Notes under the pieces: generated by a model | Database searches by the model: none | What the model was told of the DNA's origin: nothing | The model's input: only the letters and a program-made list of their open reading frames with translations | Shown here: in pieces, positions 15,505-27,680 of the stretch | How positions within the stretch are numbered: position 1 is the first letter of the stretch | Layout: every line of letters starts with the position of its first letter | Assembly (NCBI GenBank): GCA_039621445.1 | Contig: CP154954.1 | Location: forward strand, 17,204,589-17,268,588 | Direction of reading: 5' to 3' | From: Euglena gracilis | Taxonomy: Eukaryota | Length of the DNA stretch: 64,000 nucleotides | Program-made: the position numbers and the translations under genes

Positions 15505-16899
15505 GGGGGGGATGATTTCCGGCATCCGTGGACCGTCGACCATTCACAAAGACGGCCAAAAATGCAATTTGTTTCAGTTTTATAATTTTGAACCGCATTC
15601 GAACCCCAGACCGGCCGGCCCTGGGCACGGTGGTCCTTAAAAGAATCCCGTCCCTCATTGGACTGCCAAGGATGAGGATGCCCTTCCACACAGGCTTCCA
15701 GCCGGTTTGCCAGACTGTATTATATATTTTGTATTCCGAGCACAATGAAAGGGTTTTCAAAAACAACAAAGCCCATGTGTGCAGCAGACGGGTGGACTGC
15801 CTGTCCCGAGCCACTGTACAGTGGGAGGGAGGGCATTTGGCACCAGGCATTGAGCGTACGACGAGGCATCGCCAGCTTCCAAGTGACGCGGAAGAGGAAA
15901 ATCCCGCCGATCTGGCTGGTCGCGAGATACGTCACGGCCAAAATTCAGACGGGCACAGGGGGCAGATGGCAAAGGTTCAACAACCTCGTCCGGGATGCAA
16001 ACAAAACGCACATGGAACGCGGTGTGAAATCTCATTGGGACAACAGCCGGAAGTTTCCATACCAGTTCTCGCTGTTCATTCTGGAAAGTCTCTAAAGCAA
16101 AACGTCAGTGCTGGACAACAGAAAGAAGGAGAAAAGAGAACCGGCGGCTGTTGTACGTTCCTTTATGACACCCGCCCCGGCCTGTAAGGGAAGGAATGGT
16201 GAGGGGGGGAGGGGGTCGCCCCCCCCCCACCACCCATCGGGTTGCAGGGATTCCTGTGCAGCCCTGCAGCCGCCAACCAGGGGGGGGGAGTGGGCCAGGG
16301 GGTTTCCTAACCTATGCATGAACGTCCAGTCCAGAATTCAATGTGTTTTCTGGCCAACCCGGTGTGTATGCCATGGGGGATGGTGGCAGTTCAATAGCAG
16401 TTCAGTTGCAGTTCGGTGGCAGTTCAGGAACGTTTGGGGTTTGGAAAAGGGGAAAGATGAACCAATTTGAATAGGTCCCAGAATTTCCCTGCTGTCCGAC
16501 CTTCCACGCTACCATAACCCAAATTTTGAGTTTGCTGAAATTGACAAAAGCACCGAAGGTTAAAAAAAAAAGACGACGAAGCCCATTTGTACGATTTAAT
16601 TAACAACATTGGACATACCTTCACCTCCCAGAGGGTTAACCCCGAAAAACAAATAGGAAGGTGCAACCGCAACAGCAGGCTCCAAAGAGAAAGCACCCCA
16701 CCTGAGCGTCCATTATCAGAGCGCCACTCCCTGGTAAACCAAGCAGCAATGTGGGTGACCATTAAAAGAGGTGCGACACTTCCAGTTGTGATTTACCAAA
16801 ATAAAAGCAAGGATTCCTCGTTCCAAAAAGGCCCATTCCACAATTCCAAAAAGGCTTTGTTTCATCACAAATGAAAGAAATGTCCTTCAATATCTGCTA

Positions 16900-17865
16900 C
16901 AAGTCCACTATAAGAGCACACAAACAGGGTACACACGTACGGGGGTGGGGTCAGAAATACTGAGGAAAAATGAACTAACACTTCCCGGGAGCTTCCTCAG
17001 AGATGGCAGAAAATCAGCGGGTCGAGGCTCGCTGATGGATACTGGGATATAGACCTTGAATTTGGACCCCAGGTCCCTTTTTGTTGATGGCTGCCATAGC
17101 CATGGATAATTTGAATCCTTTGGATTTGTTGAAAGGCTGCCATAGCCTTTGTCTGTCCACTGGAAGGGGGGATGGACATAGAAAAAGGGGGGGGAGTCTG
17201 TTGGGACCTGTGATGTTATCCCCTCTCTGTCTTCTCTTCCTGACCACAGTTGTCCATGGTCCATGGCCATTCTCATGTTGAGAGGGGGATTTGAAAATCT
17301 CAGAAGCCTTGGGGGGTGGGGGGTTTGCGATGGCCACGGACTGGCTAGTTGCTGCCGCCCCTCCAGCTTCTGCAGCTGCTGCTGTGACTCCACCTTCCCC
17401 AGCTTCAGCTGACTTCTTGAAAGTTCTTTGCAGTTCTTCTTGACATTCAGAGTTTCTTTGAAATTCATTCTTCATGGAAATCCAGTTGTCGATATCTGTT
17501 GTGTTTCTTGTTCTTTTTTCTTGAATTTCTTCCAGTTCCAGTTGAATTCTTCCGTCAGGAAGTTGAAGTTCCACAGAAAGTTCGGTCCACCAGTTGGTAA
17601 GAGTATTGGTTCTCGGGAAGGCAGAACTCCTCGAAAAACAATTCCACTTGAACTCGTAGTAGTAAAACTCTTTCTCCTTGAGTTCGAAGGGCAGAAATAG
17701 GAATCAGCCAACTCCGGCAACAAAAAGCAGTAAGAAGCACCCCCCGCGCGCGCACAAACACACCAGAACAGAACAGCCGGCAAGGAAAGCAGGACCTCAC
17801 CTCACCATCTTCTTGTGCTTCGCCCTCTTGGTCCCTTCCTCCCCCTTCCTCTGTCGTGGGAGTCC
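16900..17865 (-). mobile_element. 5' fragment of a related DIRS-type element (leader and ORF1 N-terminus), back-to-back with copy 1
   Basis: 17684-17735 TCGAAGGGCAGAAATAGGAATCAGCCAACTCCGGC matches 39195-39240. Minus-strand ORF 17014-17574 shares RIQL and GHGPWTTV with ORF1 of copy 2. Confidence 0.7.
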
Positions 17866-17869
17866 GACA

Positions 17870-19630
17870 CCACGGCCATTGGAGCCAGGGCCATTGGGGC
17901 CAACATTCTGCCAGTTACACCAATACCTTGTACAAGCTGGGCCATGGCGGCCACAACAGCAAGCTGGGCCATGGCGGCCAAAACAGCAATGGCCATGGCG
18001 GCCGATGGAACAAAGGCCAGGGTAGCCAACAATACCAAGGCCAGGGTGGCCAATTCCACAAACAGATGCCAGTGGCAGGGCCAGGACAGGTCAACAACAT
18101 CCCCCCAATCATTTCTTCATCTCAAACCCCATCAGGGGTACGGGATGGGTCCCCAGTGGCCCCCCAACATCGGCGCCCAACATCCAAAAGAAGTCAATGG
18201 GGACTATCAAAATTTCAAGAGTGGAGCCAACATCAAGAGGGCCAGTGGGGCCAGATTTATCATCAACTACATCAACAGTTTCAAGGCCACTGGGGCCATC
18301 AATTGTCAGAAGGGGAAAACCCCCAGAAGCTAACAGGCTGTCCCCCATCAGGGGGTTTCAATGTACGGTATCAGCCCCAGGAGGATGCCCGCAAAAAGGG
18401 GCAGTGGAGGACAAGGGGGTAACCCCCCCCTCAACATTCTTTGGCAATGCCCATGGCAGGGGCAAACCAAAACAAGGGGGAGACCCAAAAAGGGGCCCTA
18501 TGGTATGTCAATCGACAACACCAATGAACAAAGTGGAGGATCAGAGAGCCTGTGAGCAGAGCATGCACACCCCCCAGCCATCTTCAGAGAATGCTCAATC
18601 CCCAGAGGCACCAGTGGTGCAATGTCCAACACACCCAACCCAGCACCCAGAAAATCATCTAGTTGGGAAAATACATTCCATGGAGGAAAAATGGGGAGAC
18701 ACCCCCCTGTACCAGACACTTCAGAAAAGTCTAAAATGGTGGACAAAAAATGCCCCCCAAGAAACATGTCAATTGATGAAAAATGGAATTCAACCCCCCT
18801 GGGTTAATCCCCCAAAATTGTCCCCCCACACAAAACCCCAGGGCCAACCTGGACCTGAACCAAGCAGAAAAAATTCTGCTGGATTACAAAAAAACTGGGT
18901 ACAGTGAAACGAGTTTGGGATGCAGAAATCCATCATTTGATCCCATGGTTTTTCAATTTCACAACCAGAAGAGGGAACAACCAAATGGAGAATGACCAGC
19001 GACTGCAGAGAAAAAAATCAGCAGTTTTAAGTAAAACCGTTCAAGTTGGATCATATCCAAAACATTTTCCAGTTTTGGAAAAAGGCCACTGGGCAGCAAA
19101 AATAGACCTGAAGGATGCATATTTTCATATTCCATTAAGTCCAGGCCTGAGGCCATTTTTAAGGCATCAGGTGGGGGGGCAGACCTGGGAGTTTCAAACA
19201 GGCTGCTTTGGGCTAAATGTAACGCCCCAAATTTTCATGTCAGTGATGAAAACATTCAAAAAACTGTGGAGAAAAAGGGGCATCCAGGTGTTTATTTACC
19301 TGGACGACATTTTGCTGGTGGCTCCCACCCCAAACATTTTACAAAATCACCTGAAAACAGTTGTCAAAGATTTGCTGGATTCTGGGTTCAAAATCAATGT
19401 GAAAAAGTCCACCCTCCAGCCCACCCAAGTGGTAACCCATCTGGGTTTTCAACTGACACTTTCAGGAAGGAAAGCTACAGGTGCCCCCTCAGAAAGTCAA
19501 AACCATAAAAAAGGAGCTGGGAAAAATTGTGAAAAAAGATTGCGTGTCAAAAAAGCAGTTGGCTGCCATTTTGGGCCAAATAAGATGCAACCTAATGGCC
19601 CTGCCCTTTTTAAGGGCTTTTACAGACACC
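17870..19630 (+). mobile_element. DIRS-type (tyrosine recombinase) retroelement copy 1, left half: G/Q/H-rich ORF1 remnant and RT
   Basis: AAKIDLKDAYFHIP...FGLNVTPQIF...VFIYLDDILLVAP...GFKINVKKS.LQPTQ..THLGF, DIRS-type RT. Ends at the gypsy insertion. Removing the gypsy element and one CACC restores FTDTLA, matching FTDALA in copy 2. Confidence 0.9.
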
Positions 19631-20119
19631 TGTGAGTTAGGGGTGCTGAGTGCCCAAAACAACATAACTTAACACTACCCAACCTGATGACTCTGCAGTT
19701 AGGATTAGGAAAATCTTATTAGGAATTATAAATTACTGACTCCATCTGTCCCTGTGCAGGGCTCCGTCTCTCTGTCACACTGTCATTTTGTGGTTCAAGA
19801 ATTATCTGGTGAATTATCTGGAACCTATCGTTCTCTTACCCTTGGTTTGGACTTTGGTACTCTCACTTTGTGGTTTGCTTGTATTGTGCTGGTGGATTTG
19901 CTGATTGCTTGTGGATTTTTTATCAAAGGAAAGGTGTGAGCCAACCAACCCACCTGTTTTCACCCCCAAAAAAACCCGCAAAAACAAAAGAAAATGCATT
20001 TTTTAAAACAAAGCCGCGAGGGGAATTGAAAACACCCTGGGCAGGGTAAAAGATCCTACGCAAAGGGGTGCCGGCCCCGAGGGAATGGAAACTCAGGGAC
20101 AGGCACCACGGTTACAACA
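19631..20119 (+). repeat. 5' LTR (489 bp)
   Basis: TGTGAGTTAGGGGTGCTGAGTGCCC...CACCACGGTTACAACA. By hand, about 12 substitutions and 2 single-base indels versus the 3' LTR (~97% identity). Confidence 0.97.
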
Positions 20120-20131
20120 TGGTTGCAGAGG
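20120..20131 (+). promoter_or_regulatory. Primer-binding site (tRNA-Met(i)-like)
   Basis: TGGTTGCAGAGG directly abuts the 5' LTR. TGG complements tRNA CCA. One mismatch to the familiar initiator-Met PBS TGGTAGCAGAGG. tRNA identity is inferred. Confidence 0.8.
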
Positions 20132-20219
20132 TAGACTGCCCATTTTTGATTCCCCTCCAACATGCGGCTACGAACAACAAGCTGAAAAACGACAAGAAAC
20201 CGCAAAAACTGACGCTGAC

Positions 20220-23200
20220 ATGCCTGCTGCCTCAACTGCCATCGCTAGGATGGTGGAGCCGGCGGATGGCTGCCCAGCCCCGAACCAAACACTGGATGTG
20301 CCAACTGCCTTAACCGCCATCGTTAGGGTGGTGGAGCAGGCGGATGGCTTCCCAGCCCTGAACCAAACACTGGAAATGCCAGCTGCCTTAACCGCCATCG
20401 CGAGGGTGGTGGAGCCGGCAGATGGCTTTACCATGTACCAGTCACTGGACATCAACAGGTGGACTGAACCGGAACACAGACATTACAATGCCACGGACCT
20501 GTAATGACAGCCCACGTGTCATTGCCATGGTGCACATGGACCAGGACGACACCAAACAGACCGGTCCAGCACCAGATTACACAGAACTGGACGAAAACAA
20601 CGAACCGTACTCCGACGAACAGGTGTTTGCACCACAAAACTGGTACCAATTTCCAGAAACGGACACTCAGAACAACCAAAGCTGGCAAAGGGCAACAGCA
20701 CAGCAACCAGGAACCCAGAGTTTTGCACTGGTGGCGGTACGACAGAGCCCGGAACAACCAGACCGCCTCCAGGGTGAAACTGAAACTTCGTACCAGGAAC
20801 CCTCGTACAGTTCGTACGAGATTCCACAGCCGGAACCACAGAACCAGAACACTGACTGGGACTGGTGGTCGAACTTTGCGTACGAAACGGGACAGCTGAC
20901 CCAGTAATTGCAACAATTCAGATGCAAAACTGAACAGACGAACCAACAAACGGCAGAAACTCTGCAGCAGCTGCAACAAACAACGACGGAGTGGGTCAGC
21001 GAACTGCACGCCACAGTGAACAGACAGGGTGAAGCACTCATGACAGAAATAAACGGCAGACACGAAGAACTGACGACAGTCCTGGCCACAACGCAAGCAA
21101 ACATGGAACTGGTGACAGTGAACCAGAACAGGCTGTACCAGGAACATTTTAACGGAATGTCACAGCAGATCACAGAAATCAGGGAAATGTCTGGCTCACT
21201 GGGTGAAAAACTCAGGGAATTTCACAGTTTTCTGCAGATGGCAGGTGGAAACGCACAGAACCAGGGTGAACATCTGGATGGTTAACTACACCGACAGCGA
21301 GAAAACGAAAAAACAACTGCAGAACTGCAACAGAGATTGGCTGTGGTAGAAGAACGGGTCGCAGGAATCACAGGCGGAGTCCAAACGGTGAACAGCAAAG
21401 TGGACGAAGCTGTGGCAACAGTGTCCAGAAAAGTTGAAAACCTCGGAGGCGAAATCAGCAGTGTGGTGGAAAAAATTCTGAAGGACATGGGCAGTGAAAT
21501 CGAAAATCTGGCAGGACGGGTTCAGCAGCAGGAAACAAAAACGACAACAACAATTCAAAACTGTGATTACCTGCACAAAAAACTGGTCGAACTGCAGAAA
21601 ATCCCAGATCAGCAGCAGCAGATTACACAGCTGAACGAGGAAATCGGCAGACTGAAACGACAGGTGGAAACTCTGACCTCCAACGAAGAAAAACACAAAC
21701 AACGCACTGAACGTCTGAACCTGGAGGTCGGCAACCTGGGTCAGAGGGTGGACGAAACAGCCCAAACGGCTCAAAAACTGCTGGGTGAACAGCAAAAAGG
21801 GACCATTAAAACGGGAACACATGTCATATCTGAACATGCTAAATGGCTGGAAATGACATCTGCCATTGGCTCAATGACAACCAGGGTCGGTCAACTGGAA
21901 GCAAGACTGGCTGGTCTGACAACAAAAATGCAGAACGGGAAACACATGACAACGGCATTTGGCAGCATTTACATTCTCTGACCACGGAACTGCAAACACA
22001 GCAGAAACAGCGGACAGAACAGCTGGTGACCCTGGACAGAAAAATCAGTACTGTGACAAAAACGACTGAAAACCTGACTGAAAAACTGGAAAGGCAAAAC
22101 ACCCACTGCACAGGGGCCTTCGGGCCAGAGACAGGGGCCAACCCCCTGGCCAGTGGGCCTCCCTCGAGGACCCAGGCTGGACAGCCAGGGGCAGCCACTA
22201 CGGCCCAACGAACAGTACAACCCCCCCAGGGGGCAGACAGGGCCGCGGGCCAACGGGGATCGGGGACCCCACAACCCCGGAACCAAGCCCCCTGCAGCCC
22301 CGAGGGGCCATCCCACAGGACAACACGGGATTGGGACCCTAGAACCCCAGGCCTGGCCAACGGGGATGGGGACCCCACAACCCCTGGCCCAGCCACGGCC
22401 AGCCCTGAGAACGCCCGCAGAACCCCAGGCCTGTCAAACGGGGACGGGGACCCCACAACCCCTGACAGGTATGTTCAGCCAGAGCAGCCAGCACTGGGGG
22501 GACGAAACACCACACCCAAAAATGGAAGGAGGAGCTGCAGCATTGGGGACCGTTAACCCGGCTTCCCTGGTGAGGCAGCTCATCCGGCAAGAACTAAAAA
22601 CTGCCTTGACACCGTTAATTGCCCAACTGACTCGACAAACAGAACAACGGCCGACTGCAGTCCCGACCAGCCCAGCACTTACGACAAACCCGACAAGCCC
22701 AGCACCACAGCCAACCAAGCCGACTCAACAGATTTCACAGCCAGTGACGACACAACAAAACCCACAGTCCCGGACACGGGGCTTGTTCATGTGGGCGGAC
22801 GAAACTGAAACCCAGAACACAGCCACAACAACGTGGGTGGGACCCCAGATGGGGTCTACCCAAACTGCCATCCACCACATAGGAGAGGAAACAGTGGTGG
22901 CACCCGTGGCAACGGCCCCGACAGCATCCTTCGGGCTGCTGCTGGGTCCAGTGGGCGCGGCAATGACAAAAGACCTGGTAAGACCAACACTGCAGGGAAA
23001 TTTCGCAGATTTTGCCGTGAAATTTCTAATGTACCTGCAACGTGTGTCAGCCGGTCAGGGGTCCCTGACCGATGACCTGAAACTGTCACTGCTGGAGGGC
23101 AGCCTGGACAGTGCCAGCAAACTGGAACTACAACGCAGACAGGAACGCGGTGAGAAAATAAAATACCAGGAATTTTGGAACTGGATGTGCCAGAAATACG

Positions 23201-24462
23201 GTGGAGACACGCAATCAGCCATCAAAGACGAAATGCAAAGACTCAGCCAAAAAAACGGAAGGAAAACTGACACTGGAAGCGTGGAGGGAGTTTGAGGCCC
23301 ATTTCAAGCTCCTATACAGCAGGCGGGAGAATCCAGCAGAGGAAGACCTTACAACCTGGCGGCTGAAAAAATGCCTGAAACGCAACGCAGAAGCTGCATC
23401 ATGGAACAGGACCGCAGAAGTTAGGACAGACCGACACTGAAACTGAAAGGGGTTCCGAACATTACAAACGTCCCAGATGCAACAACGGAAGACGTTCGTG
23501 ACCTGGTGGCAGCAACTGTGGGCACAGGTGAAAAATTTCCGGTGGAACGGGACGGACAAAACTTCAGGATCAAACTGCACAGCAGCAGAGCTGCTGAACT
23601 GCTACTGATGAAAAACGGTTCAACGTTGCTGACTGGACACAAGCCACATTTCACACAGGTACAGGCCAAACTGACACTGGAAGAATTGTTCCAACGTGTG
23701 GAAACTGAACTCCGGTGCCAACAACAGTCAGACTCCCTTGGTAGGGGGTACAACGGCTGGCAGAACCAACCACGAGAAAACAGATCACGGTGGATGGACC
23801 GCAGGGAAGTCAAGGAGGAGGAGAAAACAAAATCCAGAAGTCGGACACCCCCTTCCAGATCCCGACCCAACTCCCCTGGACCTCGAACCCCAACACCCGA
23901 AAACCCCAGACCCCCTTCTCCACGCCAGCAGGTGCCCATGGCAGTTTCAGAACAGCCTTGCCAGGGACGGTACACCAACTGGTCAGACTGGGGACAAAAC
24001 GACTGGGGCAAAGGCAAAGGAAAGGGGAAATGTCAAAACTGGGGTTCAACCCAAAACTGGAATCAGAATTACGGCAAAGGCTACGATTCAGGAAAGGGAT
24101 ACAACTCTGGGAAAGGATACGATTCTGGGAAGGGGAGCGGGAAAGGAAAAGGCAAAGGGCAGCCACAGCCACAGCCTGCATCAACGAAAACTGAACCACA
24201 GCCACAACTCACAGGAGCCAGCCAACCAGCCACAGGGACAGCCAAAGACAGAAGCATCTTCCAGCAATCGCTGGCAGCCAGTTCAAAACATGGAACGGAA
24301 GTGAAGGGGCTGCGGCCTGAGGGTAGGGGGCGAGAGGGGCGACTCTCTGCAGACACAACCGAAACAACAAAACAAAACAAGGGAACCAGGTCCAGAGCCG
24401 CAGCGGTCATCAGGGTAGACGGGTCGTTTTTAAACAAGTTGTTTTTCAACAGCGTTTTTTAG
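20220..24462 (+). pseudogene. gag: gag-like ORF, fragmented: 78-bp repeats, long coiled coil, capsid-like helical domain, RRM-like domain, RS- and GKG-rich tail
   Basis: Successive + ORFs 20085-20504, 20422-20907, 20908-21285, 21337-21981 (heptad E/Q/L coiled coil), 22153-23295 (FADFAVKFLMYL...KLSLLEGSLD...YQEFWNWMCQKYG, retrotransposon capsid-like) and 23506-24462. Lies between PBS and pol. Broken by stops (e.g. TAA 20905, TAG 23422) and frameshifts. Start codon not resolved. Confidence 0.7.
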
Positions 24463-25871
24463 CAATCCGACAAAATGAAAACCGCCGAGCCGACATTCCC
24501 GACAACGAACCGACAGCGACTGCTGAAAACCAGCAATGCAGTTGCGCTGTAGCACCTTCTTTTTTGCCAGCCCGGATGAGAAAAGGAAACGATCTTCTTA
24601 TGCGAAAGTAATTTCCTTCCCCCAAAACAACTGCCAAGCAACCCCCTGTCGACTGCTCGCTGCGACGCGGAGCTCAGACCCCATACTGTTGCGACAGTTG
24701 AACGGGACAGTTTAACGGGGGAAAAAAAAGGTTGACATTTTTCCAGAAAGTCTTTCCAAGAATGTGCCAGGCAAAAGACAAATACTTGCTGCAACCTGTC
24801 GCCCAAAATTGGGAACCACCCGTGGCCAAAAATTGGAACCACCTGTGGCCAAAAAATGGCCAGCACGTCTGCCCAAAACTGCCCAAAACTGGACATTTCT
24901 GTGGCACAAAATTGGCCACCATCTGTGGCACAAAACAGGCCACCATCTGTGACACAAAACTAGCCACCATCTGACACAAAACTGGTGGCCCATCTTCTGA
25001 AGGCTTTTGCATCAGTTTTGAAATTTGTTGAGCTCTGGGGCAAAATCTGGGTGCATCATGGCCAAGGCCTGGGGCCCTGGGGCCACATCCTGAGAAAGAA
25101 TTTCTGGTTCCAAAATTTGCTGCCCAAAAAGCTGTCCTAGGTGCTGATCCAGGGCCCAGTTGTCTGAGACTTTTGTGCAGACTGCGTCTGCAGAATGTTT
25201 TTCTGGGATTTGTGCTGGAACTCGAAAAATTTTCATGTGTCAGTGTCAGCCCTGGGGCATTTTGAACCATTTTGACTTTAGTTTTGCTGAGCCCTGGGGT
25301 ACATTTTGCAGATTCAATGACAAAAGTCTTAAGCCCTGGGGCCATGGCAATTGTAACGTCTACAGTGTTCGCTATGTTACAACGCAGAAAACGTCGAAAT
25401 AAAGCTATCAGCCAGCTGTAGTTGTGGAGGGTGTTCTGGAACAACGAATAAGGGGTCACCAAACCCCAAAAGCGGCCGTTGACCATGAAGGAAGTAGAAG
25501 TAGAACTGCTGTTGATGATGAGGGTAACGTTGGTGTTCTTGCCATTCAAATCTTTGAGGGGCACCCGCCCCCTTTCCAGGCATGTGGTGTGCGAGAAAAA
25601 ATATACACACAGAAAGAGAGATATAAATTAAGAATTTAGTACTTCTTAATTCGCGATGTCATTCGACCGTAATCTACACGTTTTTTTGCTCTTCGACAAT
25701 TAAACACCTCGGAAACCGGTTTCCGACAAATAAACGTCATCCCCGCACACACTGGGTGATGAAGGTAAGAAAAAACCCCAAAAGAAAAACATCCTGACAA
25801 AAAAACGACTCCACAGCCCAGAACCGAAAAGGGAACAGGTCAGCCGCCGGTTCGGCAGAGCAGCTTCACAG

Positions 25872-26300
25872 TGGGTGTCTGAAAACTACCACGTGAAGGA
25901 AGAAAAAATGACAGGAATTCTCTCACACTTCGGGGTCCAGCCCCAGTTGGATGCCTTTGCAACGGAAAAGAACAAAAGATTCCCGCAATGGTGGGGATCG
26001 GGCAGCCCAGATGGAACTGACGCCTTTGAAAAAGACTGGCACGCAAAACTGCTGTGGATGAACCCACCATTCAGCAAAATTTCACAGGTGGTGAGGAAAA
26101 TACAAACAGACGAGGCCTATGCACTCCTCATGGTACCGAGATGGGTTCACAGACGATGGTACAGGGAAATCAAAAAGCGGGCAGTGATGTCAATGTTCAT
26201 CCCAGCGGGAACAAAACTGTTCGGACAGGGTGACAAGAACTGCAGGAATACACCGTGGCCTGTGGAAGTGTTTTTGGTATGCGGAGACAAAACACGCTGC
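25872..26300 (+). CDS. Amino (N6-adenine/N4-cytosine) DNA methyltransferase domain, DIRS/phage Dam-like, at the front of pol
   Basis: ORF 25875-26357: LDAFA (SAM-binding, D at 25950)...KN...DAFEKDW...LWMNPPF (catalytic NPPF, 26061-26072)...IxxVVxKI...ALLMVPRW...WY. Same motif chain as DIRS1 MT domains. Confidence 0.88.
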
Positions 26301-26521
26301 AAGTACCTTCCAGGTTTCCACAAACATTTCACCCCCTACACCCGACATCCAAGGTGAGGTTCGGCACAGCCCACGAGTACCCGCCAGCGGAGAACGAGGT
26401 GGACAGTGGTGAACAAAAAACCGACTTGGGGACAGAAAAACCATAGAAACGCATCAGAAAACTGCAGGAGGCAGCCACAGCGACACCAGAACGGGCCACA
26501 GCAGAAAAACCAAAACCAAAA

Positions 26522-27110
26522 ATGCTGGACCTGTTCTGTGGAACAAAATCGGTCAGCAAGGTGTATGAAAAAAGGGTTTCCAGGTGGTGACGGTTGATTC
26601 AGACCCCAGGTGGGAAGCGGATTACCAGGTGGACGTATTGGACTCGGACTTCAGAAAACATTTCAAACCTGGTGAATTCCACACGGTGGTGTGTGGAGTT
26701 CCCTGCACAGAATTCAGCATTGCCCTGACTACAAGACCCAGAAACCTGGAAAAGGGAAACAGTCTTGCAAAGAAAGCCCTGGAAATTGTGGATTTTCTGC
26801 AGCCGCAGAAATGGTGGTTGGAAAACCCAAGGTATGGATACCTGGGAAAACAAGATTACATGAAACCGTACCCGTACATTGACGTGGATTACTGTCAATA
26901 CACAGACTGGGGTTACAAAAAACCCACACGAATCTGGGGCAGCCCTGACATCCTGCAGGTACCAGCAAAACGGTGTGACGGGAAAACGTGCAAGAACCTG
27001 GACCCAAACAGTGGTGGTCACCTGGTAAAACTCAGCAACAAACACAACATTCCAGCCTTCAAAAAATTCAGGATCCCAGAACAACTGATTCAGGACCTGG
27101 CGGGGTTCCA
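26522..27110 (+). CDS. C5-cytosine DNA methyltransferase domain, with a 1-nt frameshift in an A-run near 26570
   Basis: Motif I MLDLFCGTKS (26522, other frame), then VTVD, DV(L), motif IV GVPCTEFS (catalytic PC 26701-26706), motif VI WWLENP (26821), DYCQY..GYKKPTRIWG (motif VIII-like) and C-terminal FRIPEQLIQDL. Same reading frame (26584-27732) as the downstream protease. Confidence 0.9.
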
Positions 27111-27359
27111 CGAACGGCTACGGCAAACCAGCCAAGCCCAGGCCGCACAGCAACAACCGCTGCAGCAGCCCAGCCCTGCCCAGACGGCACGACAAAACAT
27201 GCTCTCACAGCCCAGCCCAAAACTGGCAGGTCAACAGCCAAACCCAGATTCAACTGACAAAACAGATCCAGACCAAAACATTCGGCTTCCAAAACGACTG
27301 TGTGAACCGGTGTCCAAACTCCTGCTGGGGCAGGTCATCAGCAGAAAGAAAGCAAAAAA

Positions 27360-27680
27360 ACTCCTCATTGAAGTCCGTGCTGTGTTGCCGGACAGAAAAA
27401 AATTCTTCCTACAGGCCCTGATTGACACGGGAGCACAAGCAAACCTGGTGAAAAAGAACCTGATTCCACAACAAAATCTCAGACGTTCACAAAAACCCTT
27501 GGCCCTGATCACAGCGGACGGAACAAGGATGGAAGAAGGACTACACGAAGTCGCACTGGAACTGCAGTTTTCATCACGGGTGCACAACACGGACAGAACA
27601 AGGAATGGTCCACCATTGGAACATTCCATGACGCCGCCATCCAAGTGGATGCCATCCTCGGGTATCCGTGGATGTGGATG
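27360..27680 (+). CDS. Retroviral-like aspartic protease domain (frameshifted near its end)
   Basis: LQALIDTGAQANLV (DTG at 27424), ALITADGT, and DAILGYPW in the next frame. Confidence 0.92.

Noticed and set aside
25872-27110. Bacterial restriction-modification contamination or prophage as the source of the MTases
   Set aside because: Both domains lie between matched LTRs, share the codon style of pol, and the C5-MTase is in frame with the retroviral protease. No endonuclease or operon signals.
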